Part shown: positions 21,834-31,623 of the stretch, in pieces
How the letters are laid out: each line of letters opens with the position of its first letter
Position numbering within the stretch: position 1 is the stretch's first letter
Assembly (NCBI GenBank): GCA_963422645.2
Contig: CAXXVO010000012.1
Span: forward strand, 224,001-288,000
Direction of reading: 5' to 3'
Length of the DNA: 64,000 nucleotides
Source: Alphaproteobacteria bacterium
Lineage (GTDB): Bacteria > Pseudomonadota > Alphaproteobacteria > UBA828
Program-made: the position numbers and the translations under genes
Notes under the pieces: model-generated
What the model was told of the DNA's origin: nothing
What the model saw: the letters and a program-made list of their open reading frames with translations, nothing else
The model's database searches: none

Positions 21834-22169
21834 TCAAGCGACCGCGGCGAGCGCAGCCTCGTTCGTTTCGTGGCACTCGATGATCGCGAGAAATCCGCTC
21901 ATCTCCATGACCGCCCGACACTCGGGCTGCAGGGCCGCCATAGCCAGCTTCCCGCCACCTTGCTGACACTTACGGGCGCTGATGAGCAGGACACGCAGGC
22001 CGGCACTGCTGACGTAGCCCATCTGGCTGCACTCCAGCACCAGTCGCACGTCGCCACGTTCCACGATTGCGGCGACTTTCGCCTCCAGGTCCGGCGCAGT
22101 CATCCCGTCCAACCGGCCGTTGAGGGAGACGACGACCGCCGTTCCCTCTGTCCGTTCCTCGATTTCCAT
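21834..22169 (-). CDS. STAS-domain anti-sigma factor antagonist
   Basis: GRLD...AP, YVSSAGLRVLL, V.EMSGF. Confidence 0.9.
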   Translation of the reverse strand: MEIEERTEGTAVVVSLNGRLDGMTAPDLEAKVAAIVERGDVRLVLECSQMGYVSSAGLRVLLISARKCQQGGGKLAMAALQPECRAVMEMSGFLAIIECHETNEAALAAVA

Positions 22170-22254
22170 CGCGGTCTCGCTCTCCGCTTTGGGTTGCTCG
22201 CGCCAACGGGCACGGGCGGCAAAGATACGCTGTTAGAGTCGTTCTCTGCAATGG

Positions 22255-23484
22255 TCACACGCTGCCGCCGTCACGCCAGAGTCGGGGCCAGTTGAGACCG
22301 AGGAGGAGGGCGGCGACCAGGCCCTCCGCCGCGACGATGCGCACGGCATTGGCAACGCCGAAGAGCTCGCCCATGAGCCCGATATTGGTGAACCCGATCA
22401 CGCCGGCGCCGATCGTGAGCGAGAGGATGCCGAGCATGCGGCCGCGCATCTCCGGCGGCGCCATCCCGTATATCAGGACGGTTTGCATGGTGGAGAAGCC
22501 GGCCGCGCCGAGCCCTACGAAGAAGATCACGATCGCCATCGGCGCGGTCTCCGTCATCCAGCTCGCGACGAAGGCCAGAGCGGAATAGCTCGCGGTGCCA
22601 AAGAAGTAGAAGCGGCGGTATGCGCCTGGCCGGACGCCGATGGCGGCGATCAGCAGCGCCCCGGTGAAAGCGCCGCCGCCCTCCAGCGCGGCGAGGCCGC
22701 CGATGGCGGCGGGGCTCAGGCCGAGCTTCTCCGTGCCGATGACCGGGATCATCGAGACGAAGGGGAAGCCCCAGATGTTGAAGATCACCGTGACGTAGAG
22801 GATGCGGCGGATTTCCGGCTCGCGGGCGAGGAAGCGGAAGCCTTCACGCAGATCGCCGAGAAGCCTTGCCGAGCGCTGGCCGGCGCCGGACGCAAAGGCC
22901 TTCGGAAGACCCGGTGTCAGCATCAGGCACAACGCGTAGAGCACCGCTGCCAGGCCGAATGCGCCGCCGAGACCGAGCCACTGGTAGAGCAGGCCGCCGA
23001 AGAGCGGACCGATGAGCCGCATGGCGTTGCTCGTGGCGCTGTCGAGGCTCATGCCGGCGGCGATTCGCCCCGCGCCGGCGACGTCGCCGATCATCCGCCG
23101 GCGGACGGGCATGTCCGTGGTCCAGACGACGCCGGAGAGGAAGGTCGCAAGCGCGATGTGCCAATAGGCGGCGATGCCCGAGAGCGCGAGGGCGAGGACG
23201 GCGAGCGAGACCAGCGCTGCGAGCCCGTGTGAACTGTAGAGCAGAATTCGCGGGGACACGCGGTCGGCGAAGGTGCCGACGATGGAGCCGAATACGGCCA
23301 GCGGCAGCATGCGTAGGATGACGAGCAGCGCCACCAGCACCGGCGATCCGGTGGTCTCCACGGCGAAGATGCCGACCACCAGGAGCTCCAGCCAGCGGGA
23401 GCCCATGCTGAGGAGGCCGATGAGCCAGAGGCGCAGATAGAGCGGGTCGCCCAGGAGCTCGGTCAGCCGGCGCGGCAGGATCAT
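22255..23484 (-). CDS. MFS transporter
   Basis: About 12 TM segments, GTFADRV motif A, PEMRGR. Confidence 0.88.
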   Translation of the reverse strand: MILPRRLTELLGDPLYLRLWLIGLLSMGSRWLELLVVGIFAVETTGSPVLVALLVILRMLPLAVFGSIVGTFADRVSPRILLYSSHGLAALVSLAVLALALSGIAAYWHIALATFLSGVVWTTDMPVRRRMIGDVAGAGRIAAGMSLDSATSNAMRLIGPLFGGLLYQWLGLGGAFGLAAVLYALCLMLTPGLPKAFASGAGQRSARLLGDLREGFRFLAREPEIRRILYVTVIFNIWGFPFVSMIPVIGTEKLGLSPAAIGGLAALEGGGAFTGALLIAAIGVRPGAYRRFYFFGTASYSALAFVASWMTETAPMAIVIFFVGLGAAGFSTMQTVLIYGMAPPEMRGRMLGILSLTIGAGVIGFTNIGLMGELFGVANAVRIVAAEGLVAALLLGLNWPRLWRDGGSV

Positions 23485-23666
23485 CGATGGCGCCTCGCGT
23501 TGGGCGGCAGGGTAGAGGGGACAAAGAGCCAGCCGGTGGCCCGGTGGGACATTGGAACGCGCGGCGCGCAAAGCGCCCATGCCCCCTCACTATGACACGA
23601 ACCGGGGTGCGCTGGGGGACAGCGGTCTGGCCGTCGCGAATCGGCGTGTAATCCGGTGTCGCGGCA

Positions 23667-23685
23667 TTGATTTCATTGCAATCAA
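23667..23685. promoter_or_regulatory. Probable FitA/VapB operator
   Basis: TTGATT-TCATTGC-AATCAA inverted repeat 40 bp upstream of the antitoxin start. Confidence 0.5.
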
Positions 23686-23724
23686 CGCCTACATTCTTGA
23701 GGGTTGAGAGGGAGGGGTGGCGCA

Positions 23725-23967
23725 ATGGCAAGCATTACGATCCGCAACCTCGACGATGGCGTGAAGTCGCGGCTGAGGATACGGGCGGCCGAGCATGGAC
23801 GTTCCATGGAGGAAGAGGCCCGGTTGATCCTGCGGGATGCGGTCGGGACGGAAGCCGGAGCGGACAACCTCGCCAGTGCCATTCGCGCGCGCTTCGCACC
23901 ATTTGGCGGGGTAGAGCTCGAACTTCCGCCGCGGGAGGCCATGCGCGAGCCACCCAATTTCGATTGA
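23725..23967 (+). CDS. FitA-like ribbon-helix-helix antitoxin
   Basis: MASITIRNLDD..K.RLR.RAA.HGRSMEEEAR.IL. Confidence 0.9.
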   Translation: MASITIRNLDDGVKSRLRIRAAEHGRSMEEEARLILRDAVGTEAGADNLASAIRARFAPFGGVELELPPREAMREPPNFD

Positions 23968-23976
23968 TGGCTGTCG

Positions 23977-24024
23977 ATGTTCGTCCTGGATACAAATGTA
24001 GCATGTTCTTTCCTACTGGCCTAA
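23977..24024 (+). pseudogene. vapC: 5' stub of a FitB/VapC PIN toxin gene, broken at the island junction
   Basis: ATG TTC GTC CTG GAT ACA AAT GTA = MFVLDTNV directly after fitA, then unrelated ACSFLLA*. Confidence 0.8.
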
Positions 24025-24065
24025 CCTACCGTATTCAAATAGCTTTTCTTTTTGCCCAACTGGCC

Positions 24066-24084
24066 CGTAAGCAATTCGGAAGCG
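24066..24084 (-). repeat. 19-bp motif copy 1, putative integrase arm site (CGCTTCCGAATTGCTTACG)
   Basis: 18/19 identical to 28957-28975 and 17/19 to 50077-50095. Confidence 0.7.
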
Positions 24085-24385
24085 GATTGGGGTGAAAGCC
24101 CGCGCGTTTCGGCGCGGCGCTGTCGACGGAAACCGCCTACCACTCCGTTGACCATCGGACCATCGTAACCGCTCGTCGGCCATCCGCTCGTGCGCTGTCC
24201 CGTTCGGCGAACCATCGGTGCGACGCAGACTCCATTGCGGTGCCGCGTTTCGGGATCGTAAACACCGGCCGAGCGCGTGGCCGGCGTACGGACATGCCGG
24301 TGATGTCGGCACGGGGGCCTGTTGCCACCTGCATTGCTGAGCGCACCGCACTTTCACTCCCGGCCGTCGGGTGCGTGGGCTGGCC

Positions 24386-25087
24386 TTACACCCGTCTGAC
24401 GGTCCAGAGTACCTTGCCGACGATGTGCACGTCTTCGGCAAGGCAGGTGTAGTCGGCGTAGTCCGGGTTGGCTGATTTCAGCCGCAGCTCGGGCGCGCCG
24501 CCGGCGTCGTTCACATGCTCGACGCGCTTGACCACGAGCCCGGTTCCGTCGAAGAGCACGAACATCTCGCCGGTGGCGGGGACGCGCCGGGCGGTGTCGA
24601 CGAGCAGCCGGTCGCCTTCGGAGAGCTCGGGCTCCATCGATTCGCCGCGCACCCGCAGCACGCGGATGGCGCCGGGGTTTGCGCCCCCCTCGTAGCGGAT
24701 CATCCCCTCGGGGAGGAACCAGCGCGCGCGCTCGGCGACGAACTCGTCGGCAAGCGCGCCGGGTCCCGCGGACGCCTCGACATCCACCTCCGGGACGGCG
24801 GCGAGCGGCACCGGTCCGGGATCCATCTCCTGTCGGCGCCGCTTCTTCGCTGCCGCCCTCTTGCGCCGGGGCGGGCGCTCGGCGTGGTGCAGATCTCCGG
24901 CCTTGCAGCCAAGCAGGCCGGCGAGCTTTTCCGCGTCCTGGTGCGAGATCACCTTGGGGGTGCCGCGCTCGAGGAAGCCGTGCAGGTAGGAGACGTTGCG
25001 GCCGATGGCGAGCGACACCTCGCGCATGTTCATGCCGCGCCTCCAGAGCAGGTCGCGGATGTTCTGTCGTACCGGGTCGCGTTCCAT
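24386..25087 (-). CDS. CI/LexA-like repressor (HTH + S24 peptidase)
   Basis: N-terminal HTH, ASAGPG cleavage site, VRGESMEP, VVKRV, LKSANPDY. Confidence 0.88.
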   Translation of the reverse strand: MERDPVRQNIRDLLWRRGMNMREVSLAIGRNVSYLHGFLERGTPKVISHQDAEKLAGLLGCKAGDLHHAERPPRRKRAAAKKRRRQEMDPGPVPLAAVPEVDVEASAGPGALADEFVAERARWFLPEGMIRYEGGANPGAIRVLRVRGESMEPELSEGDRLLVDTARRVPATGEMFVLFDGTGLVVKRVEHVNDAGGAPELRLKSANPDYADYTCLAEDVHIVGKVLWTVRRV

Positions 25088-25131
25088 CGCGTTGCCTCGC
25101 TGGGTTGTCGCCGGTTGACGGCGGATGGCAT

Positions 25132-25169
25132 AGCGTATTCACTAACTAACACGATTGTCAACGACAATC
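25132..25169 (-). promoter_or_regulatory. Divergent repressor/cro control region: promoter and operator
   Basis: GATTGTC-AAC-GACAATC palindrome (25153-25169) overlapping TTGACA-N18-TACGCT on the minus strand. Confidence 0.55.
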
Positions 25170-25191
25170 TGCCTGCGTATCTTCCGCCGCC

Positions 25192-26115
25192 ATGAACGCA
25201 CTCACCACACATTTCCGCCACGCCGTGCGGGCGTATCTCGACCGCACCGGCACCGCACCCGCGCGGCTTGGGCTCGCGGAATCGCGCCAGTTCGGCGGCT
25301 GCTTCGTGCTCGGCATCCAGGTGATCTCCGCGCTCCGCGACCTCTACGGGCGCAACGGCGCGGAGACCATCTCGGGGCTCTGCGGCACCCGCGTGGTGCT
25401 CGCCGCCCCCGACCGCGACACCGCGCAATGGTCGGCCGACAGCCTCGGCCGCAGCGAGGTCGAGGAGGTGACGGAGGGGTTCTCCTACGGCGCCAACACC
25501 ATCCGCGACGGCGTCTCGCTCACGCCCAAGCGCGAGCTCCGCGCGCTCGCGCTCGCCTCCGAGATCATGCAGCTCGAGAGCCTCCACGGCTGGCTGCGCT
25601 TCCCCGGCCCGCTCCCGGTCGCCCCGATCCGGCTCGACTACGTGAAGCGCCCGAAGGCCGCCGAGCGGTTCGTGCCGCGGCGAGATGCCGGCCGGGACGA
25701 GACGGCGGCGGCAGCCAGGCCTCCCGGATCGACGGAGACCGAAGCGGATGCCGCACCGGAAGCGGCGGACCCTCGGGGCGAGCTCCCGAGCCTCCCGCCG
25801 CCCGACCCGGAACGGAAGCCGGCTCGCACCGGATCGGCCGGCGCGGAGGCCAAGCCAAGGGATGCACCGACGACGGTCGGCGAGCTGGACCGGGCCACAG
25901 AAGCCCCCGCCGGCGCCGCGCGGCCAGCGGACGGTTCCGGCGAGGTGGCGGGGACGGGCGGTGCAAGCGGCGGTGACGCGCCGGGCGAGTCTTCGGCCCG
26001 CGAACGCGCCGCCGCGCCCGGTGGGCGGGACAGCACGGCTTCGGGTCCGTATACCGGGGATGACGATGACGCGGCCGGCGGCGCTGACGGCCGTCCGGCC
26101 TGCGAGTGGCTCTGA
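25192..26115 (+). pseudogene. Chimera: Cro-like N-terminus (~27 aa) fused to the C-terminal part of a TraD/TrwB coupling protein
   Basis: MNALTTHFRHAVRAYLDRTGTAPARLG joins LAESRQFGGCFVLGIQ...LRDLYG...FSYGANTIRDGVSL; no TM segments or Walker A. Confidence 0.75.
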
Positions 26116-28943
26116 TGGTCGTCTCCATCGGCGCCGTCGCCTCGCCCGCGCAAGGTACGTCCTACTACGAGCGCGACGGCTACTACGCGAAGGACGACCC
26201 TGCCCACAGGGCCGCCAGCGCCTGGGCCGGAAAGGGCGCCGAGGGGCTGGGCCTCGAAGGCCCGGTCGACCCGGAGACGTTCCGCGCGGTACTCGAAGGC
26301 GAGGTGCCGGACGGATCGGGAAAGCGCCTGGGACGCCTCGACAGAGACGGCAACCGCATCCATCGCCCCGGCCGCGACCTGACGTTCAGCGCGCCGAAGT
26401 CCGTGTCTCTCGCCGCGCTGGTCGGCGGCGACGGCCGCGTAGTCGAGGCCCATGACCGGGCCGTCGCCCGCACGCTTGCCTGGGTCGAGGGCAACGCCGC
26501 CGAGACCCGCATGCGGGATCCGGAGACGGGAAAGATGGTCCGGGCCGGCAACCAAAGAGTCGTGGCGGCAACGTTCCGCCACGATACGTCCCGCAACCTC
26601 GATCCCCAGCTCCACACCCACGCCGTGCTCGCCAACATGGTGCAGGGCGGAGACGGGAAGTGGCGGACCATGGCCAACGAGTCGCTCTACCGCCAGCAGA
26701 AGCTGATCGGCATGGTCTACCGCAGCGAACTCGCCCGAGGCATTGCCGGGCTCGGCTACGGCATCGAGAAGAGCCATGCCGACGGGCGCTTCGAGATCGC
26801 GGGCGTGTCCCGCGAGGTGATCGAGGCCTTCTCCACCCGGCGCGCCGAGATCGAGGCCGCGGTCGCCGAGCGCGGCGCCGCGGGGACCGCCGCCGATGCG
26901 CGCCTCGCCGAGCGCGCGGCGCTGATGACGCGGGCCCACAAGCGCGATGTCGACAAGGCGGCGCTGCGCGAGAGCTGGCAGCGGCAGGCCGCCGGACTCG
27001 AGTTCGATGCGCGGGCCATCGTCGCCGAGGCCTTGCCGCGGGACGCCGGAAGGGAGCCGATCGTGGCGCGAGCGACGGACACCGCGCCGCGCGAGGCGGC
27101 GGCCCTTGCGGGCGCTGCCGGGAGGAAGGAGCCTGTGGGGCCGGACGGTGTTCCGAAGACCCCGGCGGCGGAGGCCATGGAATGGGCGGTCTCCCACTTG
27201 GCCGAGCGGGAGGCGGTGTTCTCCCGCGCCGACCTGCTGGCCGCCGCCCTCGCCTGGCGGCCCGGAGCGGTCTCCGTCGGAGAGGCGGAGATGACGGTGG
27301 GCACTCTCCGGAAGGCCGGCACGCTCCACGCCGCGCCCGCGCACGAAGCCGGCGACGGGATGACGACGGACAAGGCGCTCGCCGACGAGCGCGAGACGAT
27401 CGGGCTGATGCGCGACGGTCAGGCCCGCGGGCGGCCGGTGATGCGAAGCTGGATGGTGAGCGCGCGCCTGCACAGGGGACCGCTGACCCACGGGCAGCGG
27501 GAGGCGGTCAAGCTCATCCTCGGCGCGAAGGACCGGGTGGTGGGCGTCCAGGGCTATGCCGGCACCGGCAAGACCGCCATGCTGAGGCGCGTCCAGGCGC
27601 TGGCGGCGAAGAGCGGCTACCGCATGATGGGGCTCGCCCCCTCGGCCTCGGCGGCGAGGACGCTCGGCGCCGAGGCCGGCATCGAAAGCGAGACGCTGCA
27701 GCTCTTCCTCGCGCGCAACGCCGGCGTCGCGCAAGCGCGCCTTTCGAAGAAGGGCGAGCGCGAACTGCGCAGCCGCTTCGCCAAGACCGTGCTGGTGGTG
27801 GACGAAGGCTCGCTCGCCTCCACCGTCCAGGCCCGCGACCTGCTGCGGATCGCGACCGTGCTGCGCATCCCACGAGTGGTGCTAGTCGGGGACTCGAAGC
27901 AGCTCGACGCGGTCGATGCCGGGAAGCCGTTCGCGCAGCTTCAGGCCGCCGGCATGAAAACAGCCATCATGGACGAGATCATGCGCCAGCGCGACCCCGA
28001 CCTGAAGGCCGCGGTCGAGGCGAGCCTCGCGGGCGAAACGGCCAAGGCGTTCGGGAAGCTCGGCGCCAACGTCGCCGAGGTGAAGGCCGACAACATCGCG
28101 GGCGCGGTCGCCGCGCGCTGGCTCGCGCTCTCCCCGGAGATGCGCAACCGCACCGGGGTGATGGCCCCGAGCCACGCGCTCCGCCAAGCCATCAACGGCC
28201 ATATCCGCGAGCGTCTCGCCCGTGAGGGCCGCATCCACGGCCCCGCACTCCAGAGCGAGCGGCTGGTCTCGAAGGGCTACACCAACGCGGAGAAGGCGCT
28301 CGCCGGGAACTATGCGGTGGGCGATGTCGTGGTCTTCCACCGACCGTACAAACGGATCGGCGTCGAGAAGGGCGACGAGCGCCGCGTCGCCGGCGTCGAT
28401 CACGCGCGAAGGGAGGTCCTGCTCGGCGGGGGAGAGCACGGGACGGTGGGCTGGAAACCCGGCGAAATTGCCGGGAGCCGGGGCGGCAGCGAGGTCTACC
28501 GGGCCGAGGCGCTCGAGCTCCGCGCCGGCGACCGCGTCCGCTGGACCCGCAACGACACCGTGCTCGGGCTCGTCAACAGCCACACCGCCGAGGTGGTGGC
28601 GGTGACCGGCGGCCGGGTGTCCTTCCGGCTCGAGGACGGGCGCATGCTGAGCCTGAACGAAGGCGATCCGCAGATGCGCCATCTCGACCATGCCTGGGCC
28701 TCGACCGTACATGCGTTCCAGGGCCGTACCGTCGACAACGTGATCGCCGCCATGGAGGCAAACCATCCGCACCTGACCAATCATAAAACGATGTATGATT
28801 CTCGCCTGTTCGACAACGGTGCGCAGAGGCGGTCAGAGACACGCGGGAGTATAATAGTCGATTGTTATAGCTATATATTATCCCGTTCTCTCCTACAGCT
28901 ACCCGCTTTCTGCCGCGCCACAGATGCGCTCCGATGCGCCTAG
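26115..28943 (+). pseudogene. trwC: MOB_F (TrwC/TraI-like) relaxase-helicase, interrupted at ~28780; tail is read-through into foreign DNA
   Basis: YYERDGYY, DLTFSAPKSVS, HDTSRNLDPQLHTH, QGYAGTGKT, VVDEGS, STVHAFQG; helicase motif VI (YVxxSR) missing. Confidence 0.85.
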
Positions 28944-28975
28944 ATTGGAAGTCGGTCGCTTGCGAATTGCTTACG
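28779..28975 (+). other. Left end (att-like) of integrase-pair element A
   Basis: AATCATA-N8-TATGATT at the junction; 28921-28975 aligns ungapped 44/55 with 50041-50095; motif copy 2 at 28957-28975. Confidence 0.7.
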
Positions 28976-29004
28976 GACCTGATACACGATCCCGCTCAGA
29001 ATTC

Positions 29005-29138
29005 GTAATGCTTCTGTTCTCAGGTGATGGATGGTGATTTCACCGATTGAGTGTCCGCTTCCAGTCTCGTCGGAGAGGCCGCAGCCAGATGTCCCTCCTG
29101 GGCTCGGCCCGCTTCATGTGCGTGTCGTAGCGCCCGCG
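29005..29138 (+). repeat. Left 134-bp terminal inverted repeat
   Basis: Reverse complement of 32403-32536 with 2 mismatches by eye. Confidence 0.92.
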
Positions 29139-29184
29139 CAAAAGCCTCTGGTAACGCCGCCGGTGATTCGATATCGTCTCGCCC

Positions 29185-31623
29185 ATGGCGATGCGAGACG
29201 AGGATTTCGGGACGGCGCTGACACCGACCGAGGGGGACGAGGCGATCTGGTCGCCCCCCATGTCGGCGCCGGCGAGCGAGCCGCGCGACTGGCAATCTCT
29301 GTGCGAACAGGCGCAGGCGCGGGCGGAAGCAGCGGAAGCGCGTGCGGAAGAGTTGCGCTGGGCGGAAGTCGCCGCCCGCAGCGATGCGGGTGCGTGGAAG
29401 TCGCGGTTCAAGGCCTGCCGGCAGAGGCTGAGCGAGGCCGAGGAAGAGACCGGGGACCTCCGCCGCGCGGCCAAGGACGTGCCGGCCTTGCAGGCCGAAG
29501 TGGCGCACTTGCAGGAGTTGCTCTCCGAAGCCCGCAGCGTATCGAGCGAGTTCGGCACGATCGAAGCGCTGCGCGACGAGGTTGCTCAGTTGCAAGAGGC
29601 CCTGGCGTCGAAAGCCCGGAAGGACGCGACGGGGCCACTGTCGAGGGAGAATGCCCGGCTCCGCAAGACCCTGGAGCGGTCGCAGGGACAGAAGGACGAG
29701 GTCGCGGCGTTGCGCGGAGAGGTCTCGGCGCGGCGCAAGTCGGAGCGGGCCGCGCAGACGGCGCTGTCGAAGGAGAGCATCCGGCTGGGCAAGGCGCTGG
29801 AACGGACGCAGAAGCAGAAGGACACGGTCAAGGCGCTGCGCGAGGAAGTCGATTCCCTGACCCGGGAGACCCGTCGGCAGAACCGGGAGAACGGCCGGCT
29901 GCGCCGCGAGCTGGAGTGGTTGCAGGGCATCAGGGCGACGGCACGTGGGTTGTCCGACGAGGTCGAGCTGCTGCGCGCGGAACTGGCGGAATACCACGAC
30001 CAGACGAACTTCATCGATTGGCAGGACAGGCGCATCGTCGACTTGCAAATTGCCCTGGATACGTCGGCCTTCAAGACCGAGCGGCTGGAGGCCGAGCTTG
30101 CCGAACGTCCCCTGCTGCCTGCGGCCTTGAAGAGATTGCGCCAGCAGGAGAAGACCATCGAGTCCCTGCGGGCCCGGATCGAGACGCTGGAAGAGGAGCT
30201 GGCCAAGCTGCGCTCGAGCCGGGCCGTCCTGTCGAAGGCGCTCCACGGCAGGAAGAGCGAGCAGCAGCAGAAGCCCGGTACGGGGCGCAAGCGCGGCCAG
30301 CAACGCGGCGCGCCCGGCCACGGCCGCACCCCGCGGCCCAAGCTCCAGGAGAAGAAGGAACGGCGCAACCCGCCGAAGGATGCGCGCATCTGTTCCTGTT
30401 GCGGCAAGCCCTATGTCGCCAACGGCGAACGCTCCACGAGCCTGATCGAGATCGAGGTCAAGGCCCACATCCGCAGGATCGTGCGGCCGCGCTACCGCCG
30501 GGGCTGCGAGTGTGCGTCCTCGCCCCTGGAAGCGATTGCGCCGCCGGTGCCGCGGCTGTTCCCCGGAACGCTCTTCGGAACCAGCTTCTGGGCACGGTTC
30601 CTGTTCGAACACTGTGGGTGTCTGCGCCCGCTGTGCCGGGTCGCCGCGTGGTACGGGGACCAGGGGCTGCCGGTCTCGCCGGGTACGCTGGCCAACAGCC
30701 TGAAGCGCTTCGTGCCGCTGTTCGACCCGCTCTACGAGGCGATCCTCGCGCACCAGAACACCGCGGCGTTGCGCCATGCCGACGAGACCGGCTGGCGGGT
30801 ACAGGAGTTCCGCGACACCGGCCGTTCGAGCCGCGCCTGGCTGTGGGTCTCGGTCAGCAAGGATTCGGTCTACTACATCATCGACCCCTCGCGCAGCGCC
30901 GAGGTCGCAAGGACCCTGTTCCGCGACACCGCCTGTATCGTCTTCCTGGTCTGCGACCGCTACAGCGCATACAAAACGCTGGCGCGCGAACTCGCCGGCA
31001 AGGTGATCCTGTGCTGGTGCTGGGCACATCAGCGACGCGACTTCGTCGACTGCGCGACCGGGCAGGAGGCGCTGACCGAATGGTGCCAGGAATGGGTCGA
31101 GCGGATCGCGCTCGTCTACCACCTGAACGACGAACGGCTGAAGCATTACGACCCCGCTCTCGAACGCCAGACACGGGCCTTCGACGCGGCGCAGCGCAAG
31201 CTCGGAAGGGCGGTCAAGCGCCTGTTCGCGGACGCCGAGGCGGAACTGGCCGGCCTGCCGGACAAGGACCGTCGGGCAAAGCCCTTGCGCTCGCTGCTCA
31301 ACCACCGCGAAGGGTTGTGCGTCTTCGTCGACAATCCCCAGGTTCCGATGGACAACAACGCCGGGGAGCGGGCGATCCGCGGGCCGGCCATCGGGCGCCG
31401 ATTGAGCTTCGGTTCCAACAGCGAGGACGGCGCGAAGTTCACCGCGACCATGTACTCCGTCATCGGCACGCTCTCGATGAACGGCATCGACGTGCCGCGC
31501 TGGCTGGAGGCATGGTTGAAGGCCTGCGCGGAGAATGGCGGCAAACCGCCCGACGACCTGTCCCCATGGCTGCCGTGGACGATGAGCGAGGCGCGCAGGC
31601 GCAAGTTCACGGCGCAGGAATGA
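29185..31623 (+). CDS. tnpC: IS66 TnpC-like DDE transposase with long coiled-coil N-terminus
   Basis: GRKSE, CSCCG zinc ribbon, HADETGW, VCDRYSAY, CWAHQRR, DNNAGERAIR. Confidence 0.9.
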   Translation: MAMRDEDFGTALTPTEGDEAIWSPPMSAPASEPRDWQSLCEQAQARAEAAEARAEELRWAEVAARSDAGAWKSRFKACRQRLSEAEEETGDLRRAAKDVPALQAEVAHLQELLSEARSVSSEFGTIEALRDEVAQLQEALASKARKDATGPLSRENARLRKTLERSQGQKDEVAALRGEVSARRKSERAAQTALSKESIRLGKALERTQKQKDTVKALREEVDSLTRETRRQNRENGRLRRELEWLQGIRATARGLSDEVELLRAELAEYHDQTNFIDWQDRRIVDLQIALDTSAFKTERLEAELAERPLLPAALKRLRQQEKTIESLRARIETLEEELAKLRSSRAVLSKALHGRKSEQQQKPGTGRKRGQQRGAPGHGRTPRPKLQEKKERRNPPKDARICSCCGKPYVANGERSTSLIEIEVKAHIRRIVRPRYRRGCECASSPLEAIAPPVPRLFPGTLFGTSFWARFLFEHCGCLRPLCRVAAWYGDQGLPVSPGTLANSLKRFVPLFDPLYEAILAHQNTAALRHADETGWRVQEFRDTGRSSRAWLWVSVSKDSVYYIIDPSRSAEVARTLFRDTACIVFLVCDRYSAYKTLARELAGKVILCWCWAHQRRDFVDCATGQEALTEWCQEWVERIALVYHLNDERLKHYDPALERQTRAFDAAQRKLGRAVKRLFADAEAELAGLPDKDRRAKPLRSLLNHREGLCVFVDNPQVPMDNNAGERAIRGPAIGRRLSFGSNSEDGAKFTATMYSVIGTLSMNGIDVPRWLEAWLKACAENGGKPPDDLSPWLPWTMSEARRRKFTAQE

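Noticed and set aside
23480-24060. tRNA/tmRNA attachment site at the island boundary
   Set aside because: No tRNA-like sequence seen here or elsewhere in the window; the boundary falls in vapC
24386-25280. Prophage
   Set aside because: Only a repressor and a Cro-like stub; no structural, terminase or lysis genes
28779-28975. Guide or bridge RNA encoded in the conserved element ends
   Set aside because: No internal segment matching the target site was visible; arm, IHF and core DNA sites explain the pattern more simply
29040-29558. Minus-strand ORF ending in the DUF4338 C-terminal peptide
   Set aside because: Explained by the inverted repeat; the rest is antisense to tnpC
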